Source: Carcharhinus longimanus
Lineage: Eukaryota
Assembly (NCBI GenBank): GCA_030264375.1
Contig: JASCQW010000098.1
Span: forward strand, 53,919,238-53,983,237
Length of the DNA: 64,000 nt
Reading direction: 5' to 3'
Part shown: positions 50,670-62,790 of the stretch, one piece after another
Position numbering within the stretch: position 1 is the stretch's first letter
Layout of the letters: every line of letters begins with the position of its first letter
Made by a program: the position numbers and the translations under genes
Notes under the pieces: model-generated
Database searches by the model: none
Seen by the model: the letters and a program-made list of their open reading frames with translations, nothing else
What the model was told of the DNA's origin: nothing

Positions 50670-52483
50670 TCCTTTGAACAAAAATCTCCTGTTGTGTTCA
50701 GCCTTCCAATATCACTTGGTTACTGGAATGGGAGGATGGGTATAGCAAGTAATCTTTCTGCTTTGGGCCTTTGCAAAGTACAACTTTCACAAAGTGATAA
50801 CAAAATGACATTTTGATTTTTTAGACATTCATTTTTCATGTCATTTGCCAAGGTCTCAATGGACGATCATTATCAGGGCTGGATATTTACAGCTTTATGT
50901 CTAGTGCCTTAAGATAATTTAAACTAATTACAGATATATCAAAATAACCTGAAGCCTGGCAAAAGGCCAAGCTGTCCTCCATAAAAATATCATCTGGACT
51001 GTTGTTATGGACTAAAATAATTCTGTTAGTGACTTTCTCTTGTATTATAAATTTTGGTTTATGTTTAAATGCCAATCTCAAGAAGCTTGACCTATGTGGA
51101 GATTCATCTGTGACCTTTTCATAGCAGGGAGTGATGTAACAAGCTGTGTGTGTTATGGTAGATTATTTATTGTAGCTATGAGAAATATTAATAGTTCTGG
51201 TAAAAGCAGGTTAGTTGTTCCAGTTACAGAAACAGTGCAGACTGCTACTTTGATTCTTAAAATCTCTTTTTTACCATTTGGAAACCTGTGAAAGATGACA
51301 GCAGTTTTCAAAATTTTCTTCAACATTCTCCTGAAGACTCCAGGCTTGCAGTTCCAAAGGACACACTTAAAAGATAACAATGCTAGCATTAATATACAGC
51401 CGCAGCAAGTGCAAGCTAGTGAGTCACCAGTTGCAACAAAATACAGAAATGGATTGACAGGAAGAAATCAGGTCATGTTTCAAACATGCGATGATCCCTG
51501 AAGAAGCTGCTGAGTTGTACGTGGGTTGTAAGGGTCTAGTAAACAGAAGGGTTTATTCAATAATCTTAGCAGCTCTTACATGTGGCGTGTCTGCCAGTGT
51601 TTGGGAGGATTCCTGTGTTACCAACATGTCACTTCCTCTGTCCATGTCATCCCGATTTGCATGTGACCACCCGGTCTACAATCCCTGAGCAGATCTGACT
51701 TTGAAAACCTGTGATGCAAGACACTATCAGGATTGAAGAATGAAAGAGAGACAGTGGGGTAAACCCAGCAGTCGTAATTAGGTCATGCCTAGCTGGGCAT
51801 TAATAACTTGCAGATTGTTGGAGGGGAAAGAAGCTAAGCTTAAGGATAAGAAGTTAAGGGGTTCTATGTAGGAATTAGTAGCAGATGGTGTGATGAGCCT
51901 GCTGCTGAAACCTTTAGCTATGCTTTTGTTACCTCTAAATATGACAATTGTAAATTCCCTTTCAGACAGCCTTTCATATTCTTCTGTCCTTAAGCTTGAC
52001 ATCATCCTGATTTGTGTCCTGACGTGTGCTGAGTCCCAAGTACTCATCATCCCTTCTGCTCGCTGGCCCACGCTGATTTCTGACTAAGCGACATTATTAA
52101 TGCAAAGTTCTCATCCTTTTTTCCAAATCCCCCAGTGACCTCTCCCTCCCTGCCTCTATAACCTCACATTGCAAAATATCTGTGTTTCTCTGATTCTAAT
52201 CTCTTCAACATCAATGATTTTAATTCTTCCACCATTGCTACCAAAGCCTGAAGCTGTGGAATTGCTTGCCTATATGTCTCCACTTCAATAATTTCCTTTT
52301 CTCCTCCAAGACACTCATTGTTACTGTTGCTGTGAAGTGCCTTACCTTTCATTACACTAAAGATGCTAAATAAATGCCTGTTGTTGTTGATTTTTACAGT
52401 GACCATTCGTCACTACCATAAATGTCAATTACAAATGATATTGGAAGGTTGACCACAACAGGAGGCTTTTGTTCAAAGGAGCC
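50670..52483. mobile_element. Putative old DNA transposon defined by 45-bp inverted repeats
   Basis: Reverse complement of 50670-50714 matches 52436-52480 at 41/45 positions. Confidence 0.55.
51499..51680 (-). mobile_element. 182-bp solo LTR with perfect 5-bp TSD
   Basis: ATCCC | TGAAG...TCTACA | ATCCC. Minus strand reads TGTAGACC...AATAAA...CTTCA. Confidence 0.85.
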
Positions 52484-52567
52484 TAATAGTGGGAAATAGG
52501 GTGGGTGACATACTTTCTCTGTTTAAATGAATTTGCATGTATCCTACCCAATTTTGTTAAATTATTT

Positions 52568-53120
52568 CATGAGACATGGGCATCACTGGTCAGGCCAGCA
52601 TTTATCATCCATCGTTAATTGCCCTTGAGAAGGTGTTGGTGAACTACCTTCTCGAACAGCTGCAGTCCTTTTGCTGAAGATACACCTGGTAGGGAGAGAA
52701 TTCAAGGATATTGATTCAGCAATAATGAAGAAATAGCAGTATTGTTCCAAGTCAGGATGGTATGTGCCTTGGAGAGGAATTTGCAGGTGTTCCCAAGGAG
52801 GTTTTGAGATGAATGGGATCAAAGGTTATAGGAAAAAAGTAGGTTTAGGCTATTGAGTTGGATGATCATCTATGATTGTAGTGAATGGCGGAGCAAGATC
52901 CAACAGCCAAATGGCCTCCTCCTGCTCCTATCTTTTATGTTTCTGTGTTTAGAAAGAGGCTTGTTGAGTGCATCATGTAGATGGTACAGATTGCTGCCAC
53001 TGTGTGTAGGTGGTGGAGGGAGTGAGGGTTTAAGGTGATGGATGGGATGCCAATGAAGAGGGCTGCTTTATCCAGCATAGTGTTATACTTCTTGAGTGTT
53101 GTTGGAGCTGCACTCATCCA
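52568..53120 (-). mobile_element. L2-like LINE 3' fragments with an embedded + strand CR1 tail (~52795-52945)
   Basis: Reverse complement of 31720-32170-type sequence. AATGGCCTCCTCCTGCTCCTATCTTTTATG tail on the + strand. Confidence 0.75.
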
Positions 53121-53463
53121 AGGGGAATTTTGAAAATGACCTCATCTTTCACGTACATTTCTAAATATGAGCTTGTACACATTTGGGTGCTGGACCTGCC
53201 CACCTTGAAATGGGAGTGGGTGAGTGGGGAATAATACAACACATCCCTAGATTAGTGTCCACACACATCCACCTCTGGTGCACCAAAAAAATTGGCAGGA
53301 ACCAAAGTCAAGCACAGCAATTCTTTATGTTAGGATAACCATGGTCGATAACAGATGAAGGGTCTGTCCATTGGTATCTTACAACTACATCAATATGAGT
53401 ATTTCTATAGCCAATTGTTTTGACAGATCAGTTCATAAAGCAGTTAAAAAAACTCTTCCTCAC

Positions 53464-53516
53464 CTACAATCACCATTAAGCAGACTTCACGCAGTTTACT
53501 GTTTTGTCCGGAAAAG
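53464..53516 (-). CDS. Candidate 53-nt exon (phase 2-1), frame-compatible with 47158-47284
   Basis: aattatag | exon | gtgagg. Reads FSGQNSKLREVCLMVIV(G). Weak acceptor. Confidence 0.22.
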
Positions 53517-54204
53517 CTATAATTATTAGCAAACACAAGTTAACGTAAAGATATGGATGCGTCAATCTTGATCAAGAATTGAACTTATCGCTGAACTTGC
53601 AAAATTAATATTTTGGGATATACTTTGCTGTTTCTTTAATATATAAAGAGAACATTTTCTGTTAACTCAAAGTAAAGGGATACCTCATGTTTTGCATTAC
53701 AAGTGATGATGTTGCAGGAAACTAATTGAAAAGCCATTCATGCCTTTATTTATGAACAGCTATGTTGTTACTTTAAATCTTTGGGAATTTCTAATGCTCT
53801 ATCAATATTTTATATCATAGATAAACTTCAAATGACTAAAATCATATTTTCAAGGCTGGCCTATCCCACTATTATTGAAAGAAAAAGAAGGTAATTATAA
53901 TGTCTTAACTATGTGAGGGCTTGTGAGTTTTAACAGAAAAAGAAAATACTTAGTTTGCACGTGTAGATCCAAACAAACACAAATCAGCTTTACTGAAGAG
54001 CTGCTCTCTGCACTACATCAAGTATAAAACTGAAAATAGAACTGCAGCCTGAACACACACCCTATTGACATCATCGTCAAATCATGTGATCAGTTCTTAA
54101 AGCAATCATGCAACTATTTTAATTATATAACACTAATTAATTACTAACTAATTAAGGTGTTCATCTCTATACAAATTCCACCAAATGGCACAAAATGGTT
54201 CATG

Positions 54205-54400
54205 ATGTTCTGGAATGCACTGCCTAGGAGGGTGATGGATGCAGGATGTCTCACATCTTTTAAAAAGTACCTGGATGAGTACTTGGCATGCAATAACATT
54301 CAAGACTATGGGCCAAGTGCTGGCAAGTGGGATTAAGTGGGCAGGTTATGCATCAGTGGGCTGAAGGACCTCTTCTGTACTGTAGTATTCTGTGATTCTA
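54205..54400 (+). mobile_element. CR1 LINE 3' end
   Basis: TGGAATGCACTGCCTAGGAGGGTG...GAAGGACCTCTTCTGTACTGTAGTATTCTGTGATTCTATGA. Confidence 0.8.
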
Positions 54401-55074
54401 TGACGTTCTGATTGTCCACTGAGCATCCTGTTGATGTCATCAAAACCCAGACGCAATATTTACTTGGAGAATGAGGAGGAAATGACAAAGTTTCCTGTCA
54501 AGCCAACCCACCACAAAAAGGACTGGAACCAGGGAGACATGAAAAGGCAAGTTTTAAAACATTTTTGAATGTATTTGTACAATGTAAACTTACAGCATCT
54601 CTTCCTGTCCAGATTAATTGGAAAGACAGCCACAATATAAAAGAGGCCTGGCAAGTTAAAAACTTCAGGCCTTTTATTTGATGAGATGGATGAGTTTTGA
54701 ACTAACAACAAGAACAACCCATTCGAAAGTGACCCCCAAACAATATCTGGGCCGGTAATAGGAAGCTGTTGTAGTAAAAGATTGGAAAAACTCAAGTCTG
54801 TAAGTTGTAGTAATGGAATTTTTTATTCACAAGCTTTATTTGTTCCTACAGGTGTCTGCCTGATACAAAGGCTGCATAACATATTTATATATTTTCCTTA
54901 TCACACTTGCACTATAAAACCCTAATAAGCAGAATTGTACAGGCTTCAGCTGTCTCTTTCATCTAAATGATAGCTTAAGTCCAGACTTCTTACCACATTT
55001 TTGCTTACTCATCCTATGGAGATCATTAAGTTTGTGATTGTTGCTTTCCCACACCATCATGTCAAGAAAGGACT

Positions 55075-55620
55075 CTCTTTTGTTGAATTTGGTCATTGCC
55101 TGACACTTGTGTGGTGTGAATGTTACTTGCTACTTATCAGCCCAAGCCTGAATGTTGCCCAGGTCTTGCTACATATAGACCTGGACTGCTTCAGTCTCTG
55201 AGGAGTTGCGAATTGTGCTGAACATGGTGTAATCATCAGCGAACATCCCTACTTCTGACCTAATGATGGAAGAAAGGTGATTGATGAAGCAGCCGAAGGT
55301 GGTTGGACTTAGGATATTACCATGAGAAACTCCTGCAGTGAAACTGTAGGATTGAACTGATTCAAATCTAACAATCACAGCATTTGTGCAAGTTACAACT
55401 CCAACCAGTGGGGCGATTTCCCCTTATTATCATTGATTCCAGTATTACTCGAGCTCATTAATGCCACACTCAGTCAAATTCTGCCGTCATGCTAAGGGCA
55501 GTCACTCTCACCTCACCTCTTGAGTTCAGTTCTTTAGTCCATGTTTGGACTAAGACTAATGAGATCAGGAGCTAAGTGGCCCTGGAGGAACCCAAACTGA
55601 CATGTTCTTGTCAGGTTATA
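55075..55620 (-). mobile_element. L2/CR1-clade LINE RT fragment
   Basis: TAGVSHGNILSPTTFGCFINHLSSIIRSEVGMFADD; same family as 30690-32175. Confidence 0.85.
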
Positions 55621-55802
55621 TTCAACTGGTGGGCTGGGAATGAAGTAGGGAACCCCCAGGATTGAGGCAACAAACCAACTGGGGAAATCAAAAGTCATTT
55701 TATGCTCTTTCCAATAATGCAATATTTCTTTCCCATCAGCGAACAGATTATGTGTTGCATCAATAGCTCTGCATGTTAGAAAAGATGAATTACAGCAAGA
55801 AC

Positions 55803-56103
55803 CGGTGGCACCGTGGCATAATGATTAGCACTGCTGCCTAACAGCGCCAGGTTCAATTCCAGCTTTGGGTCACGGTTTGTGTGGAGTTTGCACGCTCTTC
55901 CCATGTCTGTATGGGTGCTCTGGTTTCCTCCCATAGTCCAAAGATGTGTGGGTTAGGTTAACTGGACATGCTAAATTGACACTCGTGTCAGGGACTTAGC
56001 AGGGTAAAAATGTGGGGTCACTGGAATATGGTCTGGGTGGGATTGTGACCGATGCAGACTTGATGGACCAAATGGCTTCCTTCTGCACTGTAGGGATTCT
56101 ATG
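55803..56103 (+). mobile_element. HE1-type V-SINE
   Basis: Head, V-domain and CTGCACTGTAGGGATTCTATG tail. Confidence 0.9.
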
Positions 56104-56419
56104 GAAGCCATTGAGGCCCAACACTGAAAGACAATGTAATATGGTAAATGGACTCAGCCATATGGTTAAGTATGAAACAAAACACAACTATTTTCCTTGA
56201 TGGTGGGTTTATTCACAGAATGTAGCCTTTGCATATATGATCCGAGCCCTGAGTAAACCTATGTATCATTAACATAATAACCAAACAGATTCCTCTTTTC
56301 TTTAAACAAAAAAACTTTATAACGTGCTTAAACATACAAAGCAAAGAAAGGAAATAGATTTTCTGCAATTCTTCGCATGCATCATAACACTCATCATCCC
56401 TATTCTATGAATCCAATAA

Positions 56420-57660
56420 TTTATGGAAAAGAGATTTCTTTGTAAAACAGTCTGTTAATTAGTGACTTCCACTGACCAAGTTAATTTTAGAAATCTCTTT
56501 TCTTTCCAAAATCCTCAACCTATTCTCAGTGACACTTTTTGTTGAATGAACATTATCCTAAGAAAAAGATTATCCACATAAAATCCATCAGCAAACTTTT
56601 CTCAGAATGCATCTTGTGTAGGATTTCCTTCAGAATATTAGATAGATACAATACTGTCTGTCCATTCTACTAGTGCCAGTGCTTGTTTCTTTACTTCCCA
56701 GCCAAGGGACAACACTTCCCATTTTTCGCCTGCAAGAATATGATAAACTCAGCCATACTCGAATATTCAGTTCAAAAATTGGCTTGGGAAGCATCATATC
56801 TTTTAGAGTCACCCAAAGATGGAAACTTGAGTGCACATTTCCCCCAATTTAGTTGTTTAAAGGTGTTATTTGGCTTATGAACCTTTTCAACTAGATTGCA
56901 CTTCATCATTGCACTCGGTTCCAAAACGTCATAATTGACATCAGGTCCTGTCAGAGTGTAGCTAGTTTAACTGCCCAAAACTTCTTAACAGGTTTGTTTC
57001 TTCCTTGGACGCAAGATGATCTTTCTGTGAGGAACTGGCCTGATTAGCCAGGATTAAATTAACACTTTCTAAACATGATTGTTGATTTAAAGTTACTCCC
57101 AACCCAGTTTGATTAATGTCTAACTTTGTATTATTAAAAGCCACTAAAGCCTGACTTCCAATCGTATATTCCTATTTCATCATATCTATAACAAATTGCT
57201 CAAATTATACATAGTCTCACCACAGAAAATCATCAATGTGCATCATGAAAATGCCTGTGAATTTCTCTTTGTGATACTAATAGAACATTGCTGGGTCTGC
57301 ATTTGGCTGAGTACAACCGACTTTCAACAAGACAGCCCTAACTGAGAAATACCACACTCGCAACGTGTCATTTAATCCATAAACACATTTGTTTAATTTG
57401 TACAGCTTCCCTTCTACATCACCCTCTTCATTAGATAGTTTCAAAAACATTTCTCTGAAAATTCTCACCCTGCCAAAGTGCGCCTTTTCTCGATTTACAT
57501 TCCCGAGAATTTGTGGCTCAGAGAAATAAGAACATTTCCAAGATCCTTTTTGCTCCAGTGGGGGAGTCAACTCTAACATCTTCATCGAGTCTCTCTTTAA
57601 AACTCCAAGCCATGAGTCTGACTTTAGCCCTATGTCCATCAGGATGTATTTTTTTCCTTA
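56420..57660 (-). mobile_element. Ty1/Copia-type LTR retrotransposon pol remnant (RT and RNase H)
   Basis: GKLYKLNKCVYGLNDTLRVWY...ADPAMFY, GIFMMHIDDFLW, LRSFGQLN, and RNase H-like DNVHSTKSVTENRLRI...LTDCFTK. Confidence 0.85.
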
Positions 57661-58884
57661 CATATCAACCTCTGTGATGAGGCCAGCTGTCCCATGTTAA
57701 GCCCTTTAGAGTGTACCCCAAATTATTTCCAATAATCCAAGTCATTTTGTTTCACAGAGTTCGCTTAGAGTTACCTCCTAAGGCTTCTACCTCTAGTGGC
57801 ATTCTAAGTTCTATAGAATGCTGAACGCAACTTGACTGAGAGACAAGACAGTGATTGGTGTTGAAACAGCTATGCTCCAAGGAAAATATCACTTCGCTGA
57901 CTATTCAGTCAATTTCACAATGTTTACTTGCACAGGATAAAAATATTCCACGGTGTTTGCTTTTTCTGCTGTTGATACTTTAAGGGATATGGATGATTGA
58001 AACTCTCTTTTTTGAGTTGTAGTGAAAGGACTTCTTTGAAGGAGTGGAAATTTAGGAAATAACAGCTTTTTAAATACCTTTTTACAACATTTCACTTTGT
58101 ACTATAGGATAGATAGGTTCTATACCAATTGTATGGTGGGTGAATGGGCATGGCAATGTCATAGCTTAGCTTGGATAGTGGAGCATAGGTTGGCAAAGGG
58201 AGAATGAGATGGCATGGATGGGGCATGCAGAGTGGGTGTGAGGGATTAGGCTGAAGTGTCCTGCTGCTTTTATTATAACTGGGATGAAGTCCCAGAGCAC
58301 CAAGGTGGCCCTTTAAACAGGTTGCCTCAGCACCTGGCAGCTTTTGTGACTGATTCTGCACTCTTTCCAAGGCTGCAGGCTCATACTTATTAGCATGCAG
58401 TTCTCCTCGGAATGAAAACCCTGGCTGGAATCTAATGGCTGTTCGTGCCGGCAGGATTCTCTGGTTCAATTGCAGTGAACGGAGATTTGGCTGGGCTCCA
58501 AATTCTCTGTCCCCGTTGCAACAGGTGGGGGGTGTGAACAGCCCGTAAGATCGCACCCCCTATCTTTCCTGGCACTTCTTCCCGAGGTGGACATATCAAG
58601 CCAGGAAACCTCCCAACACCTGCTACCCACCTTGAGGATGCAAATTCAGCCTTATCTTTGTCAGGGTGTTCGGGTTAATGCTGCCTTTTCATTCACCATC
58701 AACTGAAAAAATCCAGATAAATCCCTCTGAGGCATGGATATCTGAAGATTGTACATTGCCTACATGCAGTGCACACTGCTATACTCACCTGGTTTCCATT
58801 CTTTCCCCCAACAGTTCTCAAAGTGCCTTTTGGTACTCACAAGCTACAATGTCAAAGCAGTCACAGTGACTGCCACCCTGAATA

Positions 58885-59520
58885 TTACACAGTGGTTAAC
58901 ACTGCTGCATCACAGTGCCGGGTTCAATTCCCAGCTTGGGTCACTGTCTGTGTGGATCTTACACCTTCTCCCTGTGTCTGTGNNNNNNNNNNNNNNNNNN
59001 NNNNNNNNNNNNNNNNNNNNNNNNNNNNNNNNNNNNNNNNNNNNNNNNNNNNNNNNNNNNNNNNNNNNNNNNNNNNNNNNNNTCTCACAGCGCCAAGGAC
59101 CTAGGTTCGATTCCTGGTTTGGGTCACTGTCTGTGCAGAGTCTGCACGTTCTCCCCGTGTCTGCGTGGGTTTCCTCCTACACTCCAGAGGTATGCAGGTT
59201 AGGCTGACTGACTTTGCAAAATTGTCCCATAGTGTCCCGAGATATACAGGTTAGAGGGATTAGAGGGGTAAATACATGGGGCTGCGGGGTAAGCCTGGAC
59301 GGGAGTTGGTGCAGACTCAATAGACCAAATAGCCTGCGTGGCTTTCCTCTGGATGCTCTGATTTCCAATCCAAAAGATGTACTGGTTAGGTGCATTGGCT
59401 GTGCTAAATTCTACCTCAGCGTACCCGAACAGGCGCTGGGGTGTGGAGACGAGGGGATTTTCCCAGTAATTTCATTGCAGTGTTAATGTAAGCCTACTTG
59501 TTAAACTAACAAGTAAACTG
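58885..59520 (+). mobile_element. Cluster of HE1-type SINE copies, the last with an alternative tail
   Basis: Two heads flank a gap. From ~59335 a copy ends GAACAGGCGCTGGGGTGTGG...TTCATTGCAGTGTTAATGTAAGCCTACTTG. Confidence 0.85.
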
Positions 59521-59934
59521 AGAGACCTTTGCTGCCTTTGATGTCCCTTCAGCATCTCTTGACAAGATGAGGTCACCAGCTCAGAGCTTCTGGGGCGTCA
59601 GCACACACTTATTCCGAAACCATCCACCTCTGCATTGTCTCAGTAGTGTTAGTGATGGCCGTAAAGCCAAAGACTGTCTTGTACAGTCAACTGGGGTAGC
59701 GACCTCATGGGTGTCCAACTTCTGAAACTCTGCTCATAAACTCAATTTGTAAGTCACCAATCCCTTCCCGCTCAGTGGGAACAGGTTGAGGCTGATCCAC
59801 ATCACAGATTAGGGTTAGAATTATGGATTTTTCCTTGTAATTTGTCTTTCTCCGTTTCCCAAGACCAAGACCAAGGCCTGGAGGCCTACGACTACTTCTA
59901 TTTTCAATGTTTCTATAAATGGGGGGGAGGGAGG

Positions 59935-60130
59935 GTCCAAAAATGTGCAGGTTAGGTGGATTGGCCATGCTAAATTGCCCCTTAGTGTCCAAAAACGTTA
60001 GGTGGATTGGTTATGGTACATGTGAGGGGTTACAGAGATAGAGTAGGGGAAAGCACCTGGATAAGACAGTCCGTCAGAGAGTCGGTGCAGGCTTGATGGG
60101 CTGAATGGCCCCCTCCTGCACTGTAGAGGT
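59935..60130 (+). mobile_element. HE1 SINE 3' half
   Basis: GTCCAAAAATGTGCAGGTTAGGTGGATTGGCCATGCTAAATTGCCC...CTGCACTGTAG. Confidence 0.88.
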
Positions 60131-60774
60131 TTTAGATGATCCCAACAGCGTTTGTATCGAATTCCTCGAGAGCACTAACAAAGGGATTTCATCACGCGAT
60201 TTTTCTTTCAAAAGAGGAGCTTCAAAAATATCGCAAATGGTGTTAGAATTTGCAGGGCACAGGGTAGAACGGAGCAAATTATAAAGTCACAGGAATAACC
60301 TCCCTTTTGTGCATCTCGATTTGAAGAATTAAATCTACACCAGACCCGCAGCTCCAGGCAAGACACGATGCCGCAGTGAGTGGAATACAATGGTAAAGAA
60401 TGTGATTTACGCTTGTGTACAGCTCGCACTGAGCTGAAAGGAATGATGAGGTGCGGGGAAATCCAAGACAAGCTACTAACCTCAGCTTCCGTTTCCAAGA
60501 GTTTTACTCAGTCCGCAGGGAAGAGGAAAGTTAGGGAGGGCTTTACAAACTAGCTGCACTTTACTCCACGGACTGTGTTGATGCTTCACTTTGGCACAGT
60601 GCTGCCCATTTGTAGTCGCTTGGCAGAAGAATTAAGACTATTAAACAGATCGCCTCATACTGCTTTGCCTAACGCCGACTGCAACTGGTGCAGAAGTGAC
60701 ACTTGAAAAGTTGCCAACAGATTCAACGATAGTATGAACACAGACAAATACCATTTCCAAGACTGCAACATGAA

Positions 60775-61040
60775 CGGTGGTACTTTGGTTAGCACTGCTG
60801 CCTCGCAGCACCAGGGACCCGGTTTCGATTCCTGGCCTGGGTCACCGTCTGTGTGGAGTTTGCATGCTCGCCCCGGGTCTGTTTTTGGTTTCCTCCGGGT
60901 GCTCCGGTTTCCTCCCACAATCTGAAAGACGTGCCGGTCAGGTGCATTGACCCAAACAGGCGCTGGAGTGTGGCAACTCGGGGAATTTCACAGTAACTTC
61001 CTTGCAGTGTTAATGAAAGCCTTACTTGTAACTAAAAAAT
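60775..61040 (+). mobile_element. HE1-type V-SINE with alternative tail
   Basis: HE1 head and V-domain, then AACAGGCGCTGGAGTGTGGCAAC...TTGCAGTGTTAATGAAAGCCTTACTTG. Confidence 0.85.
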
Positions 61041-61434
61041 TAACTTTAACATTGAGGACAATTTTAACTGTTCCTGCCAGACAGAAAACAGGGAGCATTG
61101 AGTTGGCTTCACATTTCCCACCTTCCCTTTCCATCCCTTCCCACTGACTTTATTGACTTGGAATATGAGAGAGGAAAGGGTGAATTTGCCTGTCAATACA
61201 AACTGGGCACGGCAAGTAATTCCTGTACCAGAACAGATAGCTGCCTGAAGCACACTCGCTAATTGGCTTCAGGACTCATTTAAATGAGGGCAGTGAGATC
61301 AAGCACCTGCTACTCATCCCCAGGCAGCCCCCCACTAACATGAATTTAAATGTTAAACTATATCATCAGCAGCAGCCCTCATGTAGGCTCTGGATGGGGA
61401 GATGATCAGGAGCTGGGGGAGGGGAACAATCCAG

Positions 61435-62100
61435 ACAGGAGCTAATTAGGGAAACAGCAGCAGGAGTAACCCAGTCAACACCTCCAGCCTCCTCCACCAT
61501 TCAGTTGGATTGTGGCTGATCTGTAACATAACTCCATTGATCCTCCTTCCTTCCGTATACCTTGCCTAACAAAAAGCTATCAATCTCAGATCTGAATTGA
61601 GGAAAAAAGTTTCATATTTCCACTTCCTCTTCTATGATGAAATGCTTCCTGAATGGTTTAGTTCTAATTTTAAAGTCATGGCCAACAGTTCGGAGCACCA
61701 GACAAAATACTTTCCCTCTATCTGCCCTTAATAATTCCTCTAATCATCTTAAAAGTATCAGTTAGAAGACCCCTTAGTCTTCAATATTCAATGAATTAGG
61801 CACTTAGTCCATGTAACCTGACTTTGTAATTTAACCCTTTTAACCCTAATATCATACCTGTGAATGTGTGTTACATCCCCTCCAAGTTCAATATATCCTT
61901 CCAGAGTGTATTGCCCTGAAACAAACACAATCCTTTAAATGAGGTCTCACTGGAGCTTTGTACAAATGGAGCATAAGTTGCACCTTTTTGTATTCAGCCG
62001 CCCTGGACACAAAGGCAGTGTTTTTAAAATATATTTTGGATGTGTCCACTAGCTGTTATTGATGTGTGCACGTGTACCCTTACATCTCCCTGCTCTCCTC
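61435..62100 (-). mobile_element. Old CR1 LINE 3' fragment
   Basis: Reverse complement of the CR1 C-terminus and tail (LYKAPVRPHL...; CAGCAGGAGTAACCCAGTC). Confidence 0.65.
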
Positions 62101-62790
62101 CATAGGACTTAACTTCTCCATTCATTTCAGAGTTTCAAAACTCAGGTTGTCATTTTAGAGGGGACACTGAGCCAGCAATGGGATTAAAGAGGCTTTGTCC
62201 ACCTGTAGGTTTGGCATTATTTGGGCTTCTAAAATCGTTACTCCCCTCACTCCTTCCCCCAACCTCCCCTGCTAGTTTTTTTTAATGTGGGAAGCTATGT
62301 CGGAATGCCTGATGTTAATAAAGCCCACGTCTCAAATTTCCAGCCTCCCCACCCTCACCTCATGTATGGCCAATTGACCAGAGTACTTTGTCGGTCCTTC
62401 ACCCAAAAGTTAAAATCAACCCGACTGTATAAATGTAAGGTGATACTGTTCTACCCATTTTAAAAGCACAGATCCCATTCCTTTAAGGGAGATGAGCAGC
62501 AATTTAAGAATTCAAAACAGAAAATGCTGGAAATACTCAGCTGGTCAAGCAGTATTTGTGGGAAACACAGTTAACAATTAAGGCTGGTAGCTGTTTTTCA
62601 GAACTGTGTCTACCACTTTAAGAGTTAATTGTGGTAGAAATTCTGCCCCCGATCCTGCCATACTTTTAATAGTGTAGATCTTTCACCCAGCAGCAATCAC
62701 CTTCAGACTAACGTTCTGCTCAAACTTTTGTGCCATTCAAAGCTGCTCCACATTTCTTGCTGCATCTTCTGAGCCCAGCTTCTCAAGAAA

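Noticed and set aside
47750-52100. Endogenous virus suggested by scattered minus-strand ORFs
   Set aside because: The recognisable motifs are Penelope RT; no viral motif was found in the remainder.
53912-54173. Possible solo LTR (TG...CA)
   Set aside because: Flanks match only 3/5 and the boundaries are ambiguous.
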